Source of the DNA: Tubulanus polymorphus
Lineage: Eukaryota > Animalia > Nemertea
Reading direction: 5' to 3'
NCBI RefSeq assembly: GCF_964204645.1
Contig: NC_134035.1
Location: 11,626,451-11,690,450, forward strand
Length of the DNA stretch: 64,000 nt
The position numbers were made by a program, and so were the translations under genes. Position 1 is the stretch's first letter. Each line of letters opens with the position of its first letter. Shown here piece by piece: positions 54,201 through 64,000 of the stretch. Below the pieces are notes generated by a model, which saw only the letters and a program-made list of their open reading frames with translations, did not search any database and was not told the DNA's origin.

Positions 54201-57200
54201 ATGATAAAACCTGCAGAGAATCGCATCGCAATAATTCGCTGGCAGTCGCAATGCCGACCTAGGCCCGGCATCTATCTAAATTGTTGAGACCATTGAAAAT
54301 TAGCAACTTATCATAATCTAGTTTCGTAAATCTGGCCCCAAGAATTGACTTACACAACGGACATCAGCACATACACTGTAATGAGAATTAGTAGATAACT
54401 CACTTTTTCTCAAACGATTTCGCAATATTCGGCAATTGCGTTTGCAATTCTTTCTTGAGTAAACTTTCGCGAATCCCACGAGGGTGCAGGTTATCCAATA
54501 ACTGTTCCATGTCGGCCATGCCGTCGAAATGGAACCAAAGATTTTGACCGCGATGAGGAAACCTGGAATTAACGAAACAATTCTTGTATAATTCCTGTAT
54601 AATATAAATTCTTGATTCTCATTATTGAAAAGCATCCCATTTCACGTGCACCGTGAATAATATCCAGATTAGATCAAAATCAGTACCGGTATTTAAACGA
54701 TCCGAATTAAGCTAGTTTAATTGTACATCTATGCTGGCATCTTCCTTGTCATTGAAAGAGAAAGTCAGGACAATGCCTTCAAGGTTGTAGGAGCTATGAT
54801 CCAAATGGTTTGAAGCGTTGGCATTGACTGGTCTTTTATGCTTGAAGTTGGGCCTTTAAAACTTAAAACAAACTCACGTTCTTTCGAGAGGTTTCTTGTC
54901 TTCGTCTTCCGAATCGGAACCTGATTGTTCGACGTCGGACATTTCGACGCGATAATCGATCTCTTTCGCCGCCCAGCCCTTTTCGACGAACAGCCCGGGC
55001 AACGACGACTTCGAGAACACCCAGTAGCGATTGTGGTGGCGATCGTGTCCGATCGGAACCTGTCTCAGCGTTAACTTCGATTTCAGAATGCCTTCCTGCG
55101 ATACAAAAATCCAATTGAAATCGGTACAAATTACGAGGAATGCAAAATCAAGAGGAACTATAGAACAGGGTGGCCACTAATTTGACTCGCTCGGAAATCA
55201 GAAATTTCGACAAAAGACCACATCCTTACCTCGAAATCTTTTTCTAATTTTTGCAAAGCGACCGCCTGCTTGTATTCCTCATATTCTTTATCTTTCCTGT
55301 TGAAAAATCATTTCATTTTGAAAATGGAGTTAAAGCTGGAGTAGAGATATACGTAGGAAAATTGGAGGGCCGGAGTACAAAAGTTAAGGAAGGGCATTAC
55401 TCGGATACGTGAGTTTTCCTCCTCATAAACACTCCCTCGAAGTTCATCGAGAATGAAATGTAAACAAAAATGAGAATGGGCAACTAATCATAATCTTAAT
55501 GAGCAAAACCCACAGTTGATGATTTCATCATTTATTTTCTCACAGATTCGAAGTTTTGACTAAACTTTTTGTTTTCATCAACTTTTAGTCTGAATAGTGA
55601 GATTAATATCAGTCTGCTAATCATGATCTTGTTTTGTGAAAATGGGTCCAGGTATCATCTACTATTGTACATGTTTTCCTTATTCGGTAGTATATTATCC
55701 AAGGGCCAAGTAATCACAAGACAATTGATAAATCCACGAACATTTCCACTTTTGAACGTACCGTTTTTTCTCTTCTCTGCTTTGCTGTTCGCGTAGAGCG
55801 GCGTTCAAACGTCGGCGCTTGACAATCGACGCGAGATCGTTCGCTTCGTTGGCGCTAGCGCCCCCTTCGTCGGCGGATGAAGTCGGTTTGCTGTCGTTGG
55901 CTATGGAATTTTTGCCGTAGAAATGCGATAACAGCGTATTTGTAGTAGAATTAGTATTACTCGCGGCCCCTGGAAAAATTAGAGCACTTAAACAATCATT
56001 TCAAAGCTCAATTTCTCTCAAAATCTAAGATTAGATTGCCATCTGTGGCAAGCGAGGAAATGCCAATTTCTATAAATTGATTTGCTGTTACGATCTAATA
56101 CAGTTTTCATGTAACGCACCGTTTGGAGGATTCTCTTCAGTTTTCGGAACTTTCTTGCCTTCTTTTTTCATCTCTTTTTCTCGGATGTTTTTCTTATGCA
56201 ACTCGTTTAACCTCTCGCGCCTGTAAGAAACGATTTCAAGAAATGAATAGACGATGACTGCGACTACCCCATTGAATTGCTCAAAGCACACAGTGGGTCT
56301 ACTTTTTCGACAAGCTCAGTATTAACCCTTTCAGTGCTGTCTAATCAATACCCAACCAAAAACTATCGTATTAATAGGTCCTGTAGTTTTAAGATCTAAC
56401 GTACCACAGAGATGTCGCTAATTTCTGTTTCTCCTCGATGTAATCCTGCAGTGAATACGAAGCCATAATACGATTACACAGTCCGACCAGTATACTCAAT
56501 TTCTGAGTGGGATCCAAGGCAAAGAACTCTGAACCTTCCAACAAATCTATAATTTCTTCGTCCTACAAAATATAAGAAAAAATTTTACGATCGCATTATT
56601 ATCCGGTACATGGTGTGTACAATGATATCCTATCCTATTACATGTATTTATCAATACAGGCTTCCCAATAGGTCATTCCTGGATATAATGAGTTTTCAAG
56701 GAGTTCGAAAGGAGAAAATGTCAAATTTCGAGGAAGCGTCTGCGTCATTTACAGTTGACTCCTCCTAAATCAGTACTGTTTATCTCGGTAAAACCCGATT
56801 TATTCGGAGGTTTTGTGTAAGAATTCTTTTATCCTATACCATACCTAAACTCGATTTCTATGGTAATCACCTAATTGAGAAACATGCTAATGTACCGATT
56901 TCTAGGCATAGTCTACCGTACAAACATAAAACTAAACCAGAAATTGCCATTTCTCAAAATTGAAGGAGTTTCAGGCATTTTACTCAAATCAAAGGAGTTT
57001 CAAGCACCTTTGAGAGCTATTTCTGTTGAGTTTTTAACGAATCAAGGAGTTGTAGGGACCCTGCAGTAAAAGGTGACAGCTTGCAAAATAATGATTATCG
57101 TCCACGTACCACTTCATCTTCTAATTCTTGTTCGCTGGATACGCTCGTGTTTTCGCGATTGTTTTCATCGGACGTGTGATCGTGCGTACGCAGACACAAA

Positions 57201-60200
57201 CGCACGAGTTCCGACGCCGTGAACGAATTCACGGGAACCTCGGACAGTTCGATACCGAACTCCGCGTAATCCTGAAACAAATCAAACATAATTCAGTTAA
57301 ATTATAAATGAGATTTTTTCAGAGTGAGAAATTTTCTCTTCTAGAGTTCTTACGGGTTCCCAATTTCATTTTCCATACCCAGATTATGAATTTTCCATAC
57401 CCCAAACAGTGTTTTCAATAAGAAATTAACAAGCCAGGTCCCTTTGAAAAACAGGAGGGTCCCATAATATATCGCAGTAACGAAAGCTGGTTTGAAAAAA
57501 CAGGCTGGTCCTTTACAAACGACAAAAGGGTCTGGGACCTGGCTCTATTGAAAACACTGCCTAAGTTACAACCTAGAATCGGCAATGTAGGCCCATTCAA
57601 AGTAAATCAGTGCAGCGTCAGGACAGAAATGCCATACATACCTCTGCGATTTGGTCTTGAAGAAGAGTCTGTAGCAAGTATACTAAAACTTTGGTTATGT
57701 ACCAAAATCCCCGTGGTCCAGCAACAAGTGCTTCCATCAAAGAATCTAAAATAAGGATTTTTCTGTTATCAATTTTCAATTGAGTTAAAACCAGTCGATG
57801 AAATTGGTCCCTAAAAGTTCATAAAAATATTGGGATATTGAAAGCGGCTGCAACCATTCTATAACCTCCACTTTTCACACGTACCTGCTCGAATGACATC
57901 ATTACTGTCGGGCGTGAGCAATTCCTTGAAACAACCGATAAACTCCGTAACCATGACCACATCGCCGAAACACTCATTCGGTAGACCGTCGGGTGTCGAG
58001 ACGATTTTCGGCGCGGGTAATGCTCGGAGATCATCCAGTTCGTTATCTTCAAATCTCTGAATCCGGCAAGAGAAATAGATTTTGAATATGCGATGAGTTA
58101 TAGCTGATCTACCCTTTTAATGCTGACAAAACCTGGTAAGTGCTGGTAATAATCTTAAAATTTCAAAAGATTCCACCACAGTGTGTTGAATAATGGGCAC
58201 ACCGCTTTAGGGCATCTACACAATTTCACTGTTAGACATATGTACTAGCAAAGTTAATCACCGATTTATACATTGTACTGCGGTGTAGATGAAATGAAAG
58301 GGTTAATAGCTGAGCTAAAATCCGATCAGCAACATTTGAAAATTTTGTCAAGGACAAAGTCAAATGTAAACTTAATTTCTGGGACTGGCCATATACTCTC
58401 AGAGACATTTTTTAAAAATTTTTAATAGTTAATTCCATGGACAACGACGATAAAAGAAACCGACCTTTCTCTGAGCTAAACGCAATTTCTTCTGCTCCTC
58501 TTTTCGCTCGGCCCGTTTCGCGGCCAAATAAGCATCTCTTTCTTCGACGGACATCGATTTCCTAAAACCAAAGCGAGACACATCCTAGTACTGGTGGCAA
58601 TTTGTACCATCTGGACCATGTCCGGGACACAGTTTCATGAAAAGGATTAACCCCTTAATCAATTCAGATCGATAAATTGATGAAGAACTCCAAGTCATTT
58701 CAACGAAAGAAATCCCACAATAACGAAGCCAAGATTGAAAAATCAGGCAGTACGCCTGATGATGGCTAACGGTTGTTAGCCAAAACGTCGCTCCTCAAAT
58801 ATAATCATTCTGATGTAGAATTTTTTCAATCTTGGCTTCGTTATTGTGGGATTGTCTCTTGTTATCATCATACACGGATATTGTGTATCTTCTCGTCTTT
58901 TCAAGTCATTTCGAGTAGTTTTTTTGAGAATTTTTTTGACGCCGTTAAAACCGTTACTATAAAGTTTATACACACTGATAACTACTATGCATTATTTAAG
59001 AGGTACTGTGTGAGTCGCTGGACTGATGACTCCCTACGCACCAACTTCTATAGCACTTCTCCTAAGCATGAAATGACTACTACATTTAGACATAAAGTCT
59101 AAGGTAACATAAAGTAAACCATGAAAGTGTTTAGGGAGTCGAGTATTTTTTTCGACGAATTTGAGAAAAATTGATCACCGCTGATGAATTCTACTTACAA
59201 CTTTTTCGCTTCGGCTATTTTCTCGTACTTCTTCAAGATCATATCTCGCACGTCTAACGGCAGATTACCGCGCTGTTTTTCGGTCAAGTCGTTGCACGCT
59301 TTCGTCAGTAATTGAGGCAGCGTATGTTTACGCTTTCGTTCGTCCATCAGCATCGTCTTTTGAATCCTGTACGAGACGGTTAGCGTTAGTAGAGTTGAGT
59401 AAAACCAAAATTGCGATACAAGAAATGCCGGGTTTGTATTACTCAGGTCACATAAGATCTGATCTGATCACAGACAGTTGAGGACAATTTCTTGAACTCT
59501 TTTCCGCAATAAAAAGAGTTTCAAAGAATTTTATGTTATTTCTTAATTTCAGAGGAATTATTGGTGGCCATCGAAAATAAAGATATTTTTCAAGGAATCA
59601 AGGAGTAGTATGAACTTTTACTTATTAATCTAACTAACGGCGAAATAAACATTTCCACTGATGGATTGCAATTACCTTTTGACAATAAGTGGAGTTCTTG
59701 GAGTGACCGGTTTGACGGGAGATTTTCTAGCTTTAGTCGGTGTTTTAAGCTTCGACGGAGATGCTTTCGGCGAGCCGGTCGATAGTTGTTTCGACATATC
59801 CAATAAAGTGATCTGTTTCATTCCCTGACAAAACAAGCAGCGTAGATTGATTACTACAGAAAGCTCCGCTTGTTAAAGGAGAAAATTACATATTTCAAGG
59901 AAGCATCTGCATCATTCCCAATTACGATAGGCTCCTCCTCAATCAGTACTGTTTATCTCCGTAAACCATTAATTTGGTGGTCTTGTACGCTAATTTTTAT
60001 CCTTTACACTAACTAAATTTGGTCAAATTGGGTAAGAATAAATCAGTACAGTACTACAAACATTTCTAATAGCCTATTCCTCAAAATTAAATTTGGATAA
60101 TTTTTCATCTGGTAAGCTGGGACAAGGCATTCAGATACGTACCTTTTTCTGATTCGGAGCGGGTTGCTTCTTGGGAGTTTTCTTTTTTGTCGAATTAGCT

Positions 60201-63200
60201 TTATCTTCTTTCTTTTTCTTTTTCGGTGACTTCGCATCAGTTTTCGACTTGTTTTTCTTGGAGGGACTGAAAAATTAGCGAATACAAGATGCACAGAGTT
60301 TACGAGAGTGAAATAACAGAACTCGAGGAAGCATTTCATCGCAATACATATGTTCTGATTGATTCAAACCTATCAAAATTAATAAAACAAGATATTTTTT
60401 CAGTCATCAGCACATTCACATTTTATCAGATGAAATCAAAAGATGTTCCAATTCTTCAGGGGCCAGTTGCTTAAAATTTGGCTGGAGTTAAACAGTGGAT
60501 AGTTGACATGGTGACAATTGAGAAAGTTCATTGTTACTACTATGGTATTTATCCGGCCTGCATTTTTTAAAGCGCTGTTAAGTGATCCCTGTGATTAGAC
60601 TATCCCGGTGTTAAATTTCACTATCCCGGTGATTGTTATCACCGGGATATCGATTAATCACCGGGATAGGGCTTGTCACCACTTTGAATAACGCAGCCCA
60701 GCTAGTTATCTTTAACCAACTTTGCAGCAACCGGCCCCTGGGTTATCATACCGGTAAGTCCCGACTTCCACTGCACTAACCTGGAATGGGACTTCGACGA
60801 TAGTTTCTTTTTCGGCGTCAGCGATTTCACCTTAGCCAGAACGACATCCTCGGAAGAATCGCTATCATCGGCCGGACCGACGGTGGTGGACGCCGACGCC
60901 GTCGTCATTTTCGTAACCTTCACCGGAGTGAGTTTGATTTTCAGATCGAGCAGACGTATATCACTATCGCTGCTATCGACGTCTGCCGACGACGATTTCG
61001 ATTTTATCGTCGCTAACAACATATCGTCTTCGCTATCGCTGCTATTTACACGCGACTCGGCACTCGCCGATTTTTTCGATTTAACGACCGTCTTTTCCGA
61101 CGACTTATTCGATTTTTTCATCGGAGATTTTTTCGGATGATCGAGAAGCGTCTTTTGTTTCTTGCCGGACGACGACGACGATTTGCCGGCGGAAAGTTTT
61201 ACCGATTTTTCAGATTTCAATTTTTTACTCGCCGGCTGAGCTAGCTTCGACGGCGGGTTTTTCCTCTTCTTCAGCATGTCGTCCTGGGCCTTTCGCGTCA
61301 ACTCCATCATCTGCAGAATATTCAGTTACATCACGTTCAAATATAAGTTAAATGGGGTTCCACTTCTATTTCACTTTTCAAATTTATCTGATATTAGCTT
61401 CTTTACAAAATTCTCTAACTATTCCCTGACTTTTTTTAAAGATAAGAACCCGATCGAGCATCTATCTGCCGAAAAGTCGACGTACCTTTTGAGGCGATAC
61501 CATGAAATCCGCAAACTTGTTCGGTATCGAATACTTCTTGACGTACGCCTCGTCGACGACCCACGGGCTACTCGAACCGACGCCGTACCGTACGGCGTTC
61601 GCGCGGATAAACAATCGTAGAAGTTCTTTAGACGGGGCTCTGGCGGTTCGACTGGTTAAATACAAAAGGAAGAAACGGTAATACATGTATCATTTTGCCA
61701 TGACAGGCAGACTTGACTTGATTGTAATTCCATTTTGTCGCATTTTTCATTGCAAATGAGAGTAGTAAAGAGAAAATCATCAAGAAACTATTCTGATTTT
61801 TGAGATCATTTTTATATTTTAGGAGTAATTGAAGCCTTTGTAGCGACTGCTCTCTAATAGTGAGTGTTAGGTACATTATGTAGAAGACTCTACATGAGCT
61901 CTGAATTGTGATACAATGACAACATGTTTCACAATCACTAGGGTTCATATAATGGCTTGACCAGATGTTTTCAACGGTGAAAAATTTGTAACAAAAAATC
62001 TTTTGAGTTTTTGAGATGCTATGCGGTATGTGAAGAACTTACCAGATATCAGCGGCCGGGACTCCGTGTATGATTTTATCCTCACCATTGATCTTAACGC
62101 TATACTTGTAGGACAGCAGCTGAAATCAATGGTTAAGATAGAACAATCAGAACTTTGAATATCTAGTCATTTCAATCAATTGTGGCATTTTATGGCAAAA
62201 TATTCAGTCACTTAACGAAATCAGTGCATACGCCTATTTACCTGCGGTATTGTCCACTTTTTCGGCGACCCCTCAGAAGTGGTAGCGTTATTGTTTTCAT
62301 TCGTGCTATTTTCTTTATCGCTCGACGGCGAATGGCAGTTAGTTACTTTCGGAGCCTGAAAAAATAAAATGGAAATAAATTCATTGAAAAAGAGTTTCTA
62401 AGGAATCAAATAGTCATAGGAGCCCTGTCAATGTATGTATGTAAAACATGGCATTAAATCTGGATTCCTCATAAACCTGATTAATTTCATCAGTCTAAAA
62501 TGATCCGAATTAAGCAGGTTCTACTGTAAATTCAAATTCTGCCCAACTTACATCCACAACGCCGCATTTATCAACGTCAGTAACGTGGCCGATGATTCTG
62601 AAAAGATTCAAAATGCAAAATTCAACCGCTGATCACACGACTATATAACTGTAATTTGAGGTCCAATTTCGACATCAAAAATCTGTTTCGACAGGTTTGG
62701 TGGGTTTGTAAAGGACAACAAATCAAAACAATTCAAGTCCACTAATCAAATAAATAACAGGGACAATCCATATTTCAAGATCAAAATCTCATAATAATAA
62801 TAAACTGGCACTTACAAGTAATTTGTGCATCAGAATAATACAAGTTTCAAAGTGTTTAATCAGGGTGAAATAATGCGGTACTTACGACTTGCCGTTTGTT
62901 TTTACTTTGAAAATGACTTCCTCACCGACGAGATACGCCTGGTGGAGACACGTCCAAGCTTTATCAACGAGCAAATCTAGTGAATCGGTCGCTACGAATA
63001 AACAATAACAACATGGGGTTAGAATTCTATATAGTTTGAGGGCATTCTCAATGAAGGCAATCATCGAAACGGATTGCAGTGGATGAAATTGAATCTTTGA
63101 ATCTTTCCAATTTATTCCTAACCCTTTCAGTGCGAACTAATTAATACCCGAAAGTACTGGAGATAATTTGGTTTGTATGACAATGTGAAATTCTTGATGT

Positions 63201-63505
63201 ATATTACTTTGAACATGTCACTAGACATATTGACTGTTGAAGGCATTAGATAACGGAGCAAAAAGTCCGCTGTAAACGTAAAAACCCATCTTTGTTCAAG
63301 TTTACGATCAAAAAGACAACACAACATACTATGATGAATGATTTCGAGCACCGGTTTCTCGAAACAACTCGGAAACTGGGACTTCAACGACTTTCTGGCG
63401 GTCATTTCCGATAGAAACGCTTGCTCGTGAGTGAGGTTTACGTGTCCCGTACATTGACACGTCCAAACACGCTCGCTGTACAAACTCATACGTTTAGTGT
63501 ATTCA
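47962..63505 (-). CDS. BAZ1B: BAZ1B/WSTF-like chromatin remodelling subunit (WAC-DDT-WHIM-PHD-PHD-bromodomain), multi-exon, 5' partial
   Basis: Spliced GT-AG exons with consistent phases where checked. WAC: YSERVWTCQCTGHVNLTHEQAFLSE..FPSCFEKPVLEIIHH (63330-63505) and SLDLLVDKAW (62886-62991). Further motifs: RAPSKELLRLFIRANA, GMKQITLLDM, DDT LPNECFGDVVMVTEF, LLQTLLQDQIAE/DYAEFGIELSEVP, WHIM PIGSDRHHNRYWVF and LHPRGIRES, PHD1 52255-52401, PHD2 51294-51442, bromodomain 48986-49204 and 48546-48621, last exon 47962-47996 EVKYKRKFVGL*. From memory these motifs match WSTF rather than BAZ1A/ACF1. Confidence 0.93.
48208..48410 (-). mobile_element. SINE/L2-like retroposon 3' fragment with (ATT)n tail
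   Basis: Minus strand ends ...cagcgctttgagc...aaaggcactaattattatt; also a CORE-like tgccttgcctaagga segment. Confidence 0.5.
48546..49204 (-). CDS. BAZ1B: BAZ1B exons, bromodomain (48986-49204 + 48546-48621)
   Basis: [30 protein letters not shown]...FNNAELYN K|PNSEVYK: WPF shelf, PDY and conserved Asn. Confidence 0.92.
49400..49518. mobile_element. PIF/Harbinger-like MITE (GGGCC TIR, CWG flanks) inserted in a Tc1-like MITE (~49261-49564)
   Basis: cag|gggcc..agttggttagaattaaccagtggata...tatccactggttatctttaaccaacttttgagcaactggctc|ctg; same family at 60460-60737 and ~46520-46620. Confidence 0.6.
50651..51442 (-). CDS. BAZ1B: BAZ1B exons, PHD finger 2 (51294-51442 + 50651-50769)
   Basis: NEENCTRCGGDEGLVSCSSCPRAFHLDCHIPALRHEPR|KGWSCQYC joined across a phase-2 intron. 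Confidence 0.88.
51512..51638. mobile_element. Harbinger-like MITE
   Basis: ctg|gggccggttg ... caactggccc|ctg, 3-bp CTG duplication. Confidence 0.6.
52255..52401 (-). CDS. BAZ1B: BAZ1B exon, PHD finger 1
   Basis: KCKICRRNRKDDYTALILCDSCNQAFHLMCLRPALLTIPDGDWFCPACT; C4HC3 spacing; 147 nt, phase 0/0. Confidence 0.9.
56724..56818 (+). repeat. dispersed repeat, second copy at ~59892-59988
   Basis: ggaagc(g/a)tctgc(g/a)tcatt..ctcctcct..aatcagtactgtttatctc shared between two BAZ1B introns. Confidence 0.55.
58711..58853. mobile_element. hairpin element: perfect 32-bp inverted repeat around a hammerhead-like motif (family 1)
   Basis: aatcccacaataacgaagccaagattgaaaaa (58711-58742) and its exact reverse complement (58822-58853); between them GC-CTGATGA-T-GGCTAAC[ggtt]GTTAGCC-AAA-ACGT-C-GC (58754-58791). 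Confidence 0.65.
60460..60737. mobile_element. Harbinger-like MITE carrying a nested second MITE (60555-60699)
   Basis: Host matches 49400-49518 but is interrupted after ggtatttatcc by ggcctgcattttttaaagcg...cactttgaataacgcagccc. Confidence 0.6.
63330..63505 (-). CDS. BAZ1B: BAZ1B exon, WAC domain
   Basis: ttttcag|T GAA TAC ACT AAA CGT ATG... EYTKRMSLYSERVWTCQCTG...EIIHH A|gtatg. Confidence 0.9.
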
Positions 63506-64000
63506 CTGAAAATACCGGGTTAAAGAAAACACCAAGTGAATCAAACATAAAATGACTGACGACTGAAACTGACGCTTTGGCGCTTTCTAGCAAACCGGCA
63601 GGGGTACGAACACTGTTCTGTCCACTATCTTCTCTCTAAATCTTTCTTAACACTTTCGTTTCCTATAATTATCAGAAATGTGTTGGTCATTCGGCAAAAG
63701 TGTATTACTATTGACTCGACATATGCCGTGGTATGGCAAAATATCGTCGGCCTGAATGAATAGCAAAAAGTGGAACACCAGCGAGACGTTTTTCTTTCTG
63801 TTGTCGCCACAAAAACAAATCGAACTGAGTTATAAAGCCATAGGATTAGGACCCACAACTCAAGATTCCCATTATAACAGGTGTTAGGCCCGTGTGGATA
63901 CATGATAAGCTACGATTGGATGGAAAATGATGCGTTGTTTGCGAAAACATGTAAAAGGATACTCTTTAGTTTTGAACTGTTCTTTTGAATGAGGAATCGT

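Overview
AT-rich eukaryotic genomic DNA with GT-AG introns, most likely from an invertebrate bilaterian; not prokaryotic, so most ORF-track entries are noise. Two spliced protein-coding genes lie on the minus strand. (1) A BAZ1B/WSTF ortholog (CDS 47962 to >63505; start codon beyond the window end) with WAC, DDT, WHIM, two PHD fingers, an AT-hook-like motif and a bromodomain. (2) An F-BAR (FCH)-domain gene (1646-40802; C-terminus beyond the window start) with at least two alternative coding first exons ~21 kb and ~29 kb upstream of the first shared exon, plus a likely internal start exon carrying an out-of-frame uORF. Introns are rich in MITEs (some nested), SINE-like fragments and microsatellites, including (TA)~136. 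The most unusual signal is a set of Penelope-type minimal hammerhead ribozyme motifs (CTGANGA-N-stem-GAA-palindromic ACGT/AGCT-H). One has an intact core (20145-20187); several others sit inside palindromic elements, three of which belong to one family. Exon boundaries were read by eye; no searches or folding computations were run.
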